A stretch of DNA of 61,270 nt, the filler included, from Chiloscyllium plagiosum (taxonomy: Eukaryota): assembly GCF_004010195.1 (NCBI RefSeq). It is 3 parts of one record of this genome, joined end to end, with 100 filler letters (N's around TTAATTAATTAA, not from the genome) between each part and the next. Parts side by side here need not be neighbours in the genome. Positions count along the whole stretch, not along the records: positions 12,458 to 41,302 come from NC_057715.1; 2 more parts are not named here. One strand, 5' to 3'. Both the position numbers and the translations under genes were made by a program. Shown piece after piece: positions 26,060 through 39,559 of this stretch (its first letter is position 1; the number at the start of each line of letters is the position of its first letter). Below the pieces are notes generated by a model. That model was not told where the DNA came from, searched no databases, and was given only the letters and a program-made list of their open reading frames with translations.

Positions 26060-26995
26060 GAAATCCAGGTATCATTCCAGCTGACTTACATTGCACTCTC
26101 TCCAAGGCCAATAAATCCTTTCCAAGTTGTGGTGCACTGATAACTCACAGTACTCAAAGTAGGTTCTAATCAGGCTTTCGCATAACTGTATCTAACTTCT
26201 GTATTCTTGTACTCCAGTCTTTTAGACATAAAGGTCAGCATTCCATTAACTTTCTTAATCATTTTCTGCACCTGTTTGTAATATTTTAAAGAGCTATGCA
26301 TCTGAAAACCCAAGTCTTTTTGGATATCCATTTTATTTAGCTTCATACTATATAGAAAGTATCCTTCTTGGATCTAAAATGGGTAACCTCATGTTTGCTT
26401 ATATTGAACTCCATCTAGAAATGTTTTGCCCATTCATTTGGGTCTATCATCTACATTGCCTATAATGCTGTCTACCTTTGCGTTATCCACAAATTTGAAT
26501 GTATTGATGCTGTTATCCAAGTTATGAATACATAGTGTGAAGAACTGAGGCTCTAACACAGATCTGTGGGGCACCACTGGTCACATCTTGCCAATTTTAT
26601 TACAGATCCATTATCCCTACTTTCGGTCACCTACAACTCAACCAATTTCCCAGCTCTAGCAGTAAATTTTCCCTCAATTTTGTGAGTTTCCAACTTAGTT
26701 AACAATTTTTTAATGTGGAACTTTATCAAAGGCATCCTGGAAAATCATATAGTCAACATCTATAGACATTGTCATGTCATCTACCTTGGTCACCTCTTCA
26801 AAAAAATTCAATGAGGATTGTCAGACATGAACTGCCTGTCATGATTCCATGTTGGCTCACCCTAATTAACTGAAAATTTTCAAAGTGTTCAGTTATCCCT
26901 TCCTTAATTAAAGACATAACAATTTCTCCATCATAAATTTTAGGCTATTTGATCTGTAACTCTCTGGTTTTCTTATGCTTTCTTAAAAGGTGTAG
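26060..26995 (-). mobile_element. Older CR1 RT fragment
   Basis: Reverse complement shows degenerate DVYM.F..AFDKVPH and GAPQ.SVL motifs. Confidence 0.7.
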
Positions 26996-27899
26996 TGACA
27001 TATGCAATTAAAACTCAGATAAAGTTAGTAATATTTATAATATGGTTTTCTATTCTCTGACATTCCACAAGCTGTTCCTGGGCTTTCAAATCTTCATGCT
27101 GTAGCACCAACAGCCAGATTCCTTCTCACAGAAAACCCAGTCCATTACCTAATTCAAATTCTGATTACTCCCTGACAGACTGACCATCTCTTCCATGAGA
27201 TCGCAGTTATTGTTCAACATCTGCCATCTATTTGAGCATAATGTCTTTTCCAGACTCATTGGAACCAACTCCCAGGAACTCTCACCACTAATAGGCAACT
27301 TCTGTCCTCTAAATAAACATAATGTATTTCCCCAGTAATGAAGCATTGGCAGAATCCCTTGAATAGGAATCAACCAGCAATTAACTTCTAGGCCTAACCT
27401 CACAAATAAACAAAAGGTGGTTTTGTCTGCTTTCCTTAACAGCACAAGCTGTTACCCACAGTACAAAAGTTATCTTTAGCTCACAGTCCCAGTTCACAAC
27501 TTTAAAGCAAAATTAATAAAAGAATAAAATAAAAATAATGAAAAACTAGTGACGGTTTTTACATGATGCATTCAATTTGGTTTTGATATTGCATTATAAA
27601 CAGCAAATGTATTTGTACATTTTACAATTATGGCTTGCTATAATCATGTGACCAACTTGCTTTCACTTTACAGTAAGTTGCTGTTAAATGCTACATGAAA
27701 TAGACAGCAAATGTAGATTTAACGTTAAGCTGCACATTATTAAACTCTTTAAATATAACTTCCATTAAATAATTAGCTGACAATATAAACCAAACTTTAC
27801 ATTTTTCAACAAATCTTGTATGACCGTATTTTGGAAAGTTCCAAAGAAGTTTTCTTTGTTGACAAGGCTTCATTTATTTCAAAATGAATATTTTGTGGT

Positions 27900-28216
27900 G
27901 GGCGGCACGGTAGCACAGTGGTTAGCACTGCTGCCTCACAGCGCCAGAGACCCGGGTTCAATTCCCGCCTCAGGCGACTGACTGTGTGGAGTTTGCACGT
28001 TCTCCCCGTGTCTGCGTGGGTTTCCTCCGGGTGCTCCAGTTTCCTCCCACAGTCTAAAGATGCGCAGGTCAGGTGAATTGGCCATGCTAAATTGCCCGTA
28101 GTGTTAGGTAAGGGGTAAATGTAGGGGTATGGGTGGGTTGCGCTTTGGCGGGTCGGTGTGGACTTGTTGGGCCGAAGGGCCTGTTTTCACTCTGTAATTA
28201 ATCTAATCTAATCTAA
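27900..28216 (+). mobile_element. HE1 V-SINE, well preserved
   Basis: Box A TAGCACAGTGG, box B GGTTCAATTCC, V-domain, tail ending (AATCT)n. Confidence 0.95.
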
Positions 28217-28959
28217 TATATCATCTACTATGTACATTTGTCTAAGTGCTTCCTCAATGGCACATTTTTAGCCTCCAAACGAAAAAAGAATGTTTTCACC
28301 CCACTCCAGATAGTTCAGCTGAATGAAGGAAAAAACATTAACTCTGAGGTTGGATTGAGATCTTGGATCCAACCAAAATGAATGCCTTCATTTTCATCGC
28401 ATTGTTTGGAGGAGCCCATAAAACCCTTGCATGATATTGTGATGTATCAGATTCCATCTAAACCAATGAAGACTTTAACTTCCTCTCATTAATTTTCATG
28501 AGAGTGAAGACATGAATCACAGCATGCTAAACTTTGTGAATATCATCCAATGCCTAAATTTGGTCATATTCACGTTTATAAATGATCACACAGGTGATGT
28601 TGGTGTGCAATGTACCTTTGTAGGCTTTCTTGAAGACCTACAACACATGGTTCCAAGAACTGCAACCTTGTCTGATTGTTACTTCAACCATGCTACGGTA
28701 TATTATAAGCTATCTGCATTAGATAAGGATACCTCAAGTCATTAATAAAAGCCATGGCTCTAGTGAAGAGATGTGGGATAAAGGGGAGGAAGATGTGGGG
28801 ACTGCCGATAGGAGGTAAGGTCGGGTGGGGACTCCTGTGCACAGCAGAGTATATGAGAGAAAAATCAATGTTATTACAGCCTATTCCTTTTGAACTACAA
28901 AATTCACAACTTATTCTATCAATAGTAAAGGACTGATAAGTTTGAGATATGATTCTTCT

Positions 28960-29278
28960 TAGTTATTCATGGGATGTAAGCATTTTTGCCTTAACCATCA
29001 TTTATGGTCCATCCCTAATTATCCTTGAAATGAATTTCTTCCGAGGCTATTTCAGACAATGATTAACATCAATAACATTGCTATGGGTCTGGAATCACTT
29101 ATAGCCAGAGCAGGTGAAGTTGGCAGATTTCTGTCACGTGGATTTTTACAACAATTAATGGTGATTCGTGGTCACCATTAGGCTGGCTTTCAATCTAGAT
29201 TTCTTTGAATTCAATTTTCACCATCTGCCACTGTGAGATTCAAGCCCAGATTCCCAAGGCATAAACCCAAGATTACTA
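28960..29278 (-). mobile_element. Old SINE, family of 8630-8856
   Basis: Tail (ttattcatgggatgt), core (gggtctggaatcac..gcagatttc) and a tRNA-like head near 29220-29278. Confidence 0.6.
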
Positions 29279-29660
29279 ACATACCTACAATGAATGATGG
29301 CATTAAAAATATTGTATTAATGATGGAACATCACAGATGACGTCAATAATAAATTCTTCTTCCTGTGATTTTGGATGAGGAGTTTTTAAGCAGGATGTAA
29401 TCAAAAGTTCTCAAAATCCTTCACAAAAAAATACTGAGCATGATCATACAAATAAATCAATTTGACACTCCTCCAAAAGCTACTCCTGCCACATTTTGAA
29501 ATCCATGTGCTACGACATGCACACTCTAGAATTCTCTCTCCGTCAGCGTTTCTTGACACAGTTTTTAACGCGTCCTGGTCCCCAATTTAATTTTATATTT
29601 ACAAATCATGGCAAATAAATGAATAAGTATAGAACTGCTTGTTGGTGTTCAATAATGGAG

Positions 29661-31514
29661 AAATATTGGGGTCGAGAGTGTGGTGCTGGAAAAGCACAGC
29701 AGGTCAGGCGGCATCTGTGGAGCATGTGAATCGACATTTCGGGCATAAACACTTCATCAGAAAGGAGGCTTGTGGGCTGTAGGGGTTTAGTGATAAATGG
29801 GAGGGGGGTGGGGTTGGGGTAAGGTAGCTGAGAGTGTGATAGGTGGGCTAGAGGTTGATAGGTTAGAGAGGAGGGTGGAGCAGATAGATGGGAAAGATGA
29901 TGGACAGGTCAAGAGGGTGGTGCTGAGTTGGAGGCTTGAGATGGGGATAAGGTGGGGAGAGGGGACTTGAGGAAACTGGTGAAATGCACATTGATCCTGT
30001 GTGGTTGCAGTTTCCCAATGCGGAAGATAAGGTGCTCTTCCTCCAGGCGTCGGTTGGTAAGGGTTTGACAATGGAGGAGGTCCAGGACCTTGCTTGTCCA
30101 TGGCAGAGTGGGAGGGGGAGTTGAAGTTTTCAGCCACAAGGCAGTGGGCTTGGTTGGTGCGAGTGTCCCAGAAATGTTCTCTGAAATGATCCGCAAATTG
30201 GCGTCCTTTTTCCCTGATGTAGGGGAGACCACATTGGGTGCAATGGATACTGTAGATGACATTAGTGGAAGTACAGGTAAATTTCTGTCAGATGTGAAAG
30301 GATCCTTTGGGTACTTGAACAGAGGTGAGGGGAGAGCTGTGGGCGTAGGTTTTGCACTTCCTGCACTGGCAGGGAAAGGTGCCAGGTGTGGGGTATGGTC
30401 TGGTGGGGGTCCTGGATCTGATGAGGGAGTCACAGAGGGAATGGTCTCTCCAGAACACTGATAGGGGTAGGGAGGGAAATATGTCCTTAGTGGTGGGGTC
30501 TGTTTGTTGGTGGTGGAAGTGGCAGAAGATGATGCGATGTATACCGAGGTTGGTGGGGTGGAGGGTGAGGACCGGGTGGTTCTGTCCTTGTTTCATTGGG
30601 AAGAGTGGGGGTTCAAGGGCGGAGTTGCGGAAGTGGAGGAGATGCGTTGGAGGGCATCGTCAACTACCTGGGTGGGGAAATTGTGATCTTTGAAGTAGGA
30701 GGCCATCTGGGATTTTCAAAGGTGGAATTAGTTACCCTGGGAACAGATGTGATAGAGGTGGTGGAATTGGGCATAAGGGATGGCGTTTTTACAGGAGGTA
30801 GGGTTGGAGGAGGTGTAGTCTAGGTAGCTGTGGGAGTCAGTGGGTTTGTAGTAGATGACCGTGGTTAGTCGGTCGCTGGAGATGGAGATGGAGAGATCCA
30901 GGAATCTGCAGCTACACTGGCACCACCCTCCACCTTTTCCTCCACTACATCAAAGACAGTATCGGCTCAACCCTGTGCTCCCACAAAGGAGGTTGAACAG
31001 TTCATCAACTTCAGTAACACTTTTCACCCCAGTCTCATATTCACCTGGACCATCTCAGACAACTCCCTCCTCTTCCTAGACTGCTCCATCACCATCTCCG
31101 GTGACCGACTAACCAGATACCTACTACAAACCCATCGACTTCCACACCTACCTGAACTACACCTCCTCCCACCCTACCTCCTATAAAAATGCCATCCCTT
31201 ATTGACAATTCCTCCACCTTCTTGACTTGTCCATCACCTTTCCCATTTATCCACTCCACCCTCGTCTCTGACCCATCATCATCTCCCCCACCTTCTTCTA
31301 CCTATCGCATTCTCAGCTACATTCCCCTCCACCCAACCCTCCCCCCCCTCCCATTTCCCTCTCAGCCCCCTGACCCACAAGCCTCATTCCTGAGGAAGGG
31401 CATATGCCTGAAATGCCGATTCTCCTGTTCCTCGGATGCTGCCTGACCTGTCGTGCTTTTGCAGCACCATACTCTCAACTCTGATTTCCAGCATCTGTAG
31501 TCCTCCCTTTCTCC
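29661..31514. mobile_element. Rearranged Penelope-like element (family A, Neptune-like): minus arm about 29661-30902, plus arm about 30903-31514
   Basis: Minus arm has the Cys linker PGTFPCQCRKC and a GIY-YIG nuclease (NVIYSIHCTQCGLPYIGE); pLTRs at both outer ends; TSD TAATGGAG at 29653-29660 and 31515-31522. Confidence 0.88.
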
Positions 31515-31580
31515 TAATGGAGCAAAACTGGTCAGAGCACCGGGAGAGGTGCTATGATAGATTTCAATTTTTGTTCAGTC

Positions 31581-32178
31581 CTTTGAGTATAGGAGTTGGG
31601 AAGTCACCTTGAGGTTTTACAGGACATTGATGAGGCCTCTTCTGGAATACCGTATCCAGTTCTGGTTGCCCTGTTATAGGAAGGACTTTATTAGATTACA
31701 GATGGTTCAGAAGAGATTTGCCAGTACATTTCCAGATATGAACGATTTGACTTTTAAAGAAAGGCTGGATAGGCTGGGACTTTTTTCACTGGAATGTAGG
31801 AGGTTGAGAGGTGACCTAAGGAAGAAAATAATGAGGGGTATAGACATTGTTAATGGCAGTTGTCTTTTCCTTAGGATGGGAAATTTCAAGACTGGGGGTA
31901 CATTTTTAAGGTGAGAGGAGGGAGATATGAGAAAGACATGAGCGCAAATGTTTTACAGAGAATGTGGTTTGCGTGTGGAATGAACTTCCTGAGGAAGTGG
32001 CGGATGAAGGTACAGTTACAATGTTTAAAACTCATTTGAATAAGTACATGAATAGGAACAGTTTGGAGGAAAATGGGCTAGGAGCAGCTAAATGGGTTTG
32101 ATTTAGTTTGGGATTATGTTTGGCATGAACTGTTTGGAACGAAGGGTCTATTTTGGTGCTGTATGACTTTGTGACTCT
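31581..32178 (+). mobile_element. CR1 3' fragment
   Basis: ORF 31609-31914 (YRTLMRPLLEY.IQFW.P..RLGLFSLE.RRLRGDL) plus 3' tail. Confidence 0.9.
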
Positions 32179-33439
32179 GTGTTCCTTTGTACTCAGATGA
32201 ACACTTCACCTGGAAGATTTCAGTGGTTCACTCACAACCAATATCAAATATTTTGCCCGGAATATGCTCAAACTGAGTGGCCAGGCTGCAATCTCTGACC
32301 TGTTTATGTAAGAGATAAGAGAGGTGAGGGTAACAGAGTCGTCCATGACCCAATTCGGGAAACAAATTCTCATTCCATATATTTGCAGCCAGACCGATGA
32401 GTTTCTTCAGCATTATCTATTTCAATTTGTATCTTCAGCATCTGCAGAATTTTGCTCGAGATTGAGTGTTTAATTGTTTAATATATTGCTTCTTCTTTTC
32501 CAGATGTGTCCACTTTGAAGAAGTTCTGGTCTTCTCTCGGGTGATATTTCTATTTTAATCATTTGGTTCATTCACCTTTATTGCTTTCTATTCCTCTCCT
32601 AGTGTAAGATAACTTGTTTATCAAAACTTGTTTTGCCACAACATCTCCTTCCTCAGTGACTGTTGTCAGCTCCATCTTCAGAAACAGCTGAAGCCTCATA
32701 TATTATGTTTCAGAGCCAATCAAGATTACAGATATCTCTGAGATATATGACATTCCCCCAAAAGCTATTCCTGCCACACCCTGAAATGTACATGCTACCA
32801 CTCTAGATCTCTGTTTCCATCAACATCTCCTCACACTATTTTAAAGCTCTCCCAGTCCCAAGTTTAAATTCATATTTTATCTCATTCTATGTTTTAATAA
32901 GAAATGTTTCCTCTTCCTTCCAAGCATTAAGGAATTCAAGCTCCAATATCTTCCAGGTACCAATGCCCCTCTGGATTCTTCCATCCTTCCTGTCACTCCA
33001 ACTCTATCCATTCTTCTAATCTCACTTTTTGTCAGGTATTCACTACATCATGTCAACCTCCACTCTTAGTTGCTGAATGGTCTGTGCTCATCAAGGCCTT
33101 CGTTTTATCCCTTTACACCCCCATCTTAATGAATTTTGGGCACAATATGTCATTGAACTCTTCTCCTATCACCTTTACTTGTGCGCCACTTCTTTGGATA
33201 AGGATCCTCTCCCTGCCTCATAGGCCCTTTCTCCTCATCCACACTAACCTGTCTACTTCTGAAATTACTGCATTCTATTTCTTCAAGTCCAACCTTGACT
33301 TTGTTTTTTAAAAAAAAAACTGTTTCCCTCTCCACAAATGCTGCCAGAAATGCTGAGCTGCTCCAGCGTTTTCTGTTTTTAATTTCAGATTTCTAGCATC
33401 TGCAATATTTTGCTTATCACATCAAACATCTGCTTTTTC

Positions 33440-33750
33440 ATCTCTAGTTTGTCAACTTTATTGATTTTTCTTATCACCCAAAGTCCTTATGTTCATTATC
33501 TAACTAAAGTCTTCAAATTAAAGTGTATTTACAAAGACGTACATTAATCATGGAAATTAAAAAATATAGTTGTATAAAAATTGAAAATTGTGTTAAAACT
33601 CAGTGTACTCCAACAAAGGATTTCAATCTTGAGGTCATGTTTTTACTTCAACATTTGGATAGCAAGCAATTCCTCAATTTCTGAGGAGAATTTGTTTTCT
33701 GATTATTGCATTTCTGCTTCTGCTCTGTTATCATTTGTTACTCATTGTAT
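33440..33750 (-). other. Candidate terminal (3'UTR) exon
   Basis: Acceptor GGGTTTTTTTTGTCAG at 33751; AU-rich unique sequence with TGTAAATA; AATAAA on minus at 33457-33462. Confidence 0.25.
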
Positions 33751-35574
33751 CTGACAAAAAAAACCCGAATACTATTAAAGTAGGTCTGTCACCAACTCAA
33801 AGGTGCCATGTTGCTCAACTGATGCTGACAGACTATTAGATACACGTGGTTTTCGCTCCATGTGACAAAATTGAATTCATATTTATGGCAATTGCAATCT
33901 CTTTCATATAGGCAAGGTTACATAGAATAAAACGATCTTGTTTCAAGGCAATAAACTTTGAAAAATAGAACATAAAGCTTGCAGTTATATGTTGACATAT
34001 AATTGATGCACTTATTCATATTGATATTAAGGTAAGACAATGGAAGTTTAACAAGAATGGAACTCTTGATCATTTATTTTATTGAGCACCATAACATTGT
34101 TCTCATGAATGATCTTTGATCTGAAATATTAACCAAGAATTTCAATTTCTCTTCTGGGAAAGCCCACCAGATTTTGTGCTTGTTAGGCACCCCACAAGTT
34201 CACCCTGTAGACTTTTTGGTCCATAAATACCCTCAACAGTAATGTCTCACCCATCATAAAGTTGTTGACCAGATGCTCAAAGACATTGTGAGGAAGAGTG
34301 CTCCTTCAGGCCTAACACAGCCAGTTGCAGAGCAATGCCAAAGTCCAGAAGTAGTTGTCCAGGTAAGAGACTTTTTTTTGTGCAGGGTGAGAGGTAGGCA
34401 ATGCAGGTGGGAAAAGAGGTATCATGAGTGTTGGAGGAAAGGATAGATGGGGCTTTCCATTTAGTGGCAACCCCCAATCTGCTGTCCATATTAATTATCA
34501 GATTGAGAGCTTCCCTCCAAACATATTGGGAAGGCTGCCTGTGTTCTTGCCAGACAGAAACAGAGATAATGGTGGGAAATGAACATGCTGTTTAAGAGAC
34601 ATTAATTAATAACTTAAGTGACCCAACGATGGCAGAATGGGAAGCTGAAGCTTGGGTCTGCCCACTCAGAGCTTAATACCTGTCATGACAGAAAGATGAC
34701 AAGTATTTCCCCAATATCAACCAACACGATTATCTTCCCGTCCCACAATCTTACCTGACATTTCTTGCGAGGGAAAGATTTCAACCAATAATTTTATTTT
34801 CTCCTGCTTGCCTGACATCAAATTATTCCAACTTTCCTTGTTTTTATTTCAGATTTCCAACAGCTGTAATATTTTGCCTTCCAACTACAAAATCAGAATT
34901 GTTAATCATTCAAGACATTTAACTGGATTCATGGGTTAACTGGAACGTGGATTCACCTTTGCTACAAAAGAACTAATATGTGATGGAAAATAATGTTGCT
35001 TTTTCAACATTAGTCCAACTTAATAGACTTGGAGCAATCTGAATGAATTTTATTCTTCATTTATAATAATGGCCCTAATAACAAATGGAATACAAATGGT
35101 GCAAATAGAGAGAAGAAACCTGGACCCTAAATACCAGGCTGAAATGAGATAGTCACAACGTTTCCCAATGACTTTAGATTGGGAGGATCTTGCCATGGAA
35201 AACTTAACCCAGAAAATTGCGAGGATATCACCTATAGGCAGTGGACTCCTTGTTTTGATATACATGTTGGATCCCAATAACAACTGCGATGACAAAAATG
35301 AACTACATGTTACACACAGACAGTCTTCTGTGCTTCCTTTGTATAGCTTGTCCAGTTAAAATTTTGGTCAATAGCATTCCCCAAAATGATGATGTAGAAG
35401 ACCTCAGTGATGATTATAACTTCAGAGGTCTTGGGAAGGAGACTGAGATTTCAATTGGGTGTGATTGCTATTACCAGTCACTTGTTAAGCAAGGCCTTGA
35501 TTTTATCCAAATCTAGTTTTTACTTTAATTTTGCATGAGGTCTGTGCTTCTCTTACAAGGTTGGCATTTGCTGT

Positions 35575-35786
35575 CAAAAGAGAAAATGCTGGAAAATCTC
35601 AGCAGGTCTGGCAGCATTTGTAAGGAGAGAAAAGAGCTCCCATTCTCCCAAAGCTTTGACAAAGGGTCAGTTAGACTCAAAACATCAGCTCTTTTCTCTC
35701 CTCACAGATGCTGCCAGACCTGCTAAGATTTTCCAGCATTTCTCTTTTGGTTTCAGATTCCAGCATCTGCAGTAATTCGCTTTTAT
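35575..35786. mobile_element. Fold-back Penelope-like insertion (divergent family), hammerhead decayed
   Basis: Inverted arms (aaatgctggaaaatctcagcaggtctggcagca and its complement); TSD TTGGCATTTG(C/T)TGT at 35561-35574 and 35787-35800. Confidence 0.8.
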
Positions 35787-35800
35787 TTGGCATTTGTTGT

Positions 35801-36100
35801 ACTGGATTGCCCTTGAACTGAGTGATTTGCTCAACTATTTCAGAGGGTATTTATGAGTCAGTCAAATTACTGTTTGTTTGACCCTGGAGTCACATATAGA
35901 CAGGAAATGATAGCAGGTTCTATATTGATGAAACTGATGGATTTTTTTTTACAACAACAATTGATAATGGTAACATGTCCACTCTTAGACTAGCTTCTAA
36001 TTTCATGTTTTTTTATTGCTTTCAAATTTCACTATCACTATGGTGAGATATCAACCCTCACACTCAGAATTTTCACCTGGGCCTCAGGATTACTAATCTA
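35801..36100 (-). mobile_element. Old SINE, family of 8630-8856
   Basis: ttgcccttgaactgagtg..ttcagaggg..ctggagtcacatata core in reverse orientation. Confidence 0.55.
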
Positions 36101-37734
36101 ACCACATATAATTGCATACATAAGGTCACAATGGAGTGCTTTATTATTGGTTTAGGTGAGGTGCAGGGATGGCCACGGAACAGGAGAGAGGACCATTGTT
36201 TGAGGAGCGCCAACATTGATGTCCTGGGGTTGTAAAGAATAGCCTCTGATAATCAGAGGTAAGACTAAACTTGGAAGAAGATTTGCCTTTTGACGATCAC
36301 TGACTTCAGTTTTGCTGGAGATCTTTCAGGTTATATTCAGGTCAAAATCTGTCTTTCTGTATTGGATAGCTTGTGCCACTTGTTTCCTTTGGTTTTCAAC
36401 AATTGTGTCCATGGGTGTTTCAAAACTTTTTAAAATCTAAATATGAGTTTAATTGAACTCAAACTATGGTATACTACTGATGAGGTGGTGTTTAACTAAT
36501 CTTAGCCAAAGTTAATAAGGTGATGTAAAATTGCCTCTTTAATGACTCCTTCTAATACTTTGTTTACTTTTGGGAAAAGGACATTGGGTGCCCCGATAGG
36601 TAATGCTACCTCTGCTGATTAGTGCTTGCCAAATTTTATTTTAATTAATACCATGGGGAATTTAATGACAGTTTAAAGAAAGAGGTGTGTTACAGTATCT
36701 CTGAATGGAAAAAAAAAGAAAGATATTGGGGTGATGATCGGCTGGGTTAGATTTATTAAGCCGAGCATTCCGTTCACTCCCAGAAGAGTGAGGTGACAGA
36801 ATGTGGCTTGAATTTGCCAGGTTGCCATTGTTGTTTGAAATGAACATTTAAATAAGAGTTTGAAAAACATCAGGGCAATTAGCCGTTTAAACTAGTTTAA
36901 ACTGGGAATTTCCCAGGCTGGCCTGTGATTTTTTTTTTTAATATTCTTGAAAGACCAAACAGACTTCATCCCAACTGAAGACTCACAAGGCTGTCCAACC
37001 AATGATATTTCACCATGCCTCCATTTCTGTTGAGATTATCCCATTGATATAGCAGTTGATGATCCCAGTTGATATAAGTATTGGAAAAGTCAGATTCTAA
37101 ACTGAAATCTTATTCGTTTGTTTGTTTTAACAAGGCAGTATTTCACCACAACACCAAATGTTGCAGATTTAATTTTAATAAAATTGAATGGTGTAATGCA
37201 AAAGAAATGAAAACAAAATAGAATTATTGGAACTATTTACAATTAATACAAGGTTAAAGATTTTGAAATGCATAATAAAATTAAATCTCATAACCAAACA
37301 GCATTCATCTGTAATTCTCCCACAAGAGAGAACCCCACCCCCGCTCTTTAGAGCTTAATTTAACTACGGCTGTAATTCTCAATCATGAGAATCTGACAGT
37401 CTCTTCCTTTAGTCTTCATATAAATTGACTTAGACCTGCTCCATCCCATTTAGGGATTTAACAAAACACTTCTGATCTGAAAGTTTAAAATTAAACTCTA
37501 TATTGAGGTCATCAATTTCTTAACAGTTTACAATTCCCTTTTTTTTTCAGGAGGAGCTTTCATGTTTCACATCTAGCTTTTCCCCACTCATGTGCAAAAG
37601 CTGTCTCAGCCAAAAAGACTTTCTTCAAGCTATGGGTGTTCCCCAAAAAAAACTAGAACCTTCTAATTCAAGTCTAATGGACATTTCATTTTATTTCTTC
37701 ACTCATAAAAACTTCCCAATGTAAACAAAATATT

Positions 37735-37838
37735 AAGTTAAAAATCACACAACACCAGGTTACAGTCCAACAGGTTTAATTGGAAGCACACTAGCTTTCG
37801 GAGCGACGCTCCTTCATCAGGTGATTGCCTCCAAATCA
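37735..37838 (-). mobile_element. 104-bp Penelope-like pLTR insertion (family B)
   Basis: TSD TAAACAAAATATT at 37722-37734 and 37839-37851. Confidence 0.85.
37789..37823 (-). ncRNA. Intact minimal hammerhead ribozyme motif (family B)
   Basis: Minus strand: CAC-CTGATGA-A-GGAGC(GTC)GCTCC-GAAA-GC-TA-GTG; perfect stems I and II. Confidence 0.8.
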
Positions 37839-38279
37839 TAAACAAAATATTGCTAGCCTCCAATAACACTCTCTCTCACACTGATTTTTAAAGATAAATC
37901 ACCATGACTACAATAATTCCTACACGTTAATCATTAAACCTCTTCATACATGTAGGAAATCCACATGCCATGAGTTCAAAGTTGAAAAATTAAAAATAAA
38001 TTACAGCATAACTTAGAAAACACACACCTGATATCTCATAGCACAGATTTTTAGATGGTGATAGAGTATTCTGGAATATTGAACTTAGATATAGTTTTGT
38101 GACAATGACAATGCCATTAGTGAGGAGATCTTTTTAGGGTTGATTGTTATGAGATTCCACTATTTTTTTCATGCTTTTATACTCATGTTGTTATTGTTAG
38201 TTCTATCCAATTTTCTTCAGATGATATTAGAATCAGTCACGGGGTAGCTTGGAGGTGTGTGTTATGAGTAATGCCATCA

Positions 38280-38570
38280 ACGACCTTAAATATCCACTCC
38301 TTTCACAACCAAACAGTGACAGCAGCATGTACCTTATATAAGATACACTGCAACAACTCACCAAAGCTCTTTCCAAATCCACTACCTCCACATCTTGGAG
38401 GAAAGGGCAGTAGACACAGAGAGAGCTCTCCACTTGCAAGCTCCCCACCATCCTAACTTGGAAATATATTGCCCTGTTCCCGTGTCTCAAAATCCCAGAA
38501 CTCTCTTCTTATTGCAAAATTGATATGTTTGCCCACCTTAGTCTGCAGTAATCCAAGAAGGCAATTCATT
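38280..38570 (+). mobile_element. L2/CR1-like LINE 3' fragment
   Basis: Similar to 54050-54350 (atccactccttcac..aagatacactgcaacaactcacc). Confidence 0.65.
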
Positions 38571-39245
38571 ACTATTGTATTATAATCTGAATAGTACACT
38601 GCTATGTCTCCTTATTCTTTAACTGGAAGTAGGGGAGATGGGTCAGACATCAGACATTGAAGACCCTGTCGATAAACTCTTTAATGGGAATTTGCACTCA
38701 TTATCACTCTGAGAGCAACCTGATCTTTTCATTAATATACAGGCTCCCATTCTCCACCTCCTGGATAGAAACTTGATGCTGAAAATTCCCAATATGAAAG
38801 TTGAGTGGGAACCTGGTGACTACAGGTAACCCCTTGCTCAACTGGTCTTTCATCCTGGCCACCTAGCATCAGTGTCTCAGGGCAGTGACCACTAACTCCC
38901 CATGTTCACAGGCACTGGCATCTGATAACCTTAAGTGCCAGCCTCACTACATCATCATGACATTTCTCCAATCCATGTTTCTGCACTTCAATGCTGCATT
39001 TTGAACTTCACCAGCTACTATCATTGTAGTGCAATTGTACAGACACTCATCTCATGGCTGCTGTCTTGTCAAAGCGCACATACATGTTTTTTCTATCTGG
39101 ATCCTCGCAGTATTCCTGCCTGGCCATTTCAGAATTTTTTGCACTTTGCCTCCTCAGGCAGAGCTTGAAAATCACAGTACTTTTGTATTGTCTTGCTATT
39201 TGGTGCAGACAGAAGCCAGGCAGCTTGTTACGCTTGCCACCAGTT

Positions 39246-39559
39246 GGGCGGCACAGTGGCTTAGTGGTTAGCACTGCTGCCTCACAGCACCAGGGTCCCA
39301 GGTTCAATTCCTGCCTCGGGCGACTATCTGTGGAGTTTGCACATTCTCCCTGTGTCTGCATGGGTTTCCTCCAGGTGCTCCAGTTTCCTCCCACTGTCCA
39401 AATATGTGCAGGGTAGGTGAATTGGCCATGCTAAATTGTCCATAGTGCTAGGTGCATTAGTCAGAGGGAAATGGGTCTGGGTGGGTTACTCTTCAGCGGG
39501 TCGGTGTGGACTGGTTGAGCCGAAGGGCCTGTTTCTGCACTGTCGGGAATCTAATCTAA
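39246..39559 (+). mobile_element. HE1 V-SINE
   Basis: Head, V-domain and tail as in 27900-28216. Confidence 0.93.

Noticed and set aside
27900..27975. tRNA gene
   Set aside because: The box A/B region is the head of an HE1 SINE and continues into the V-domain
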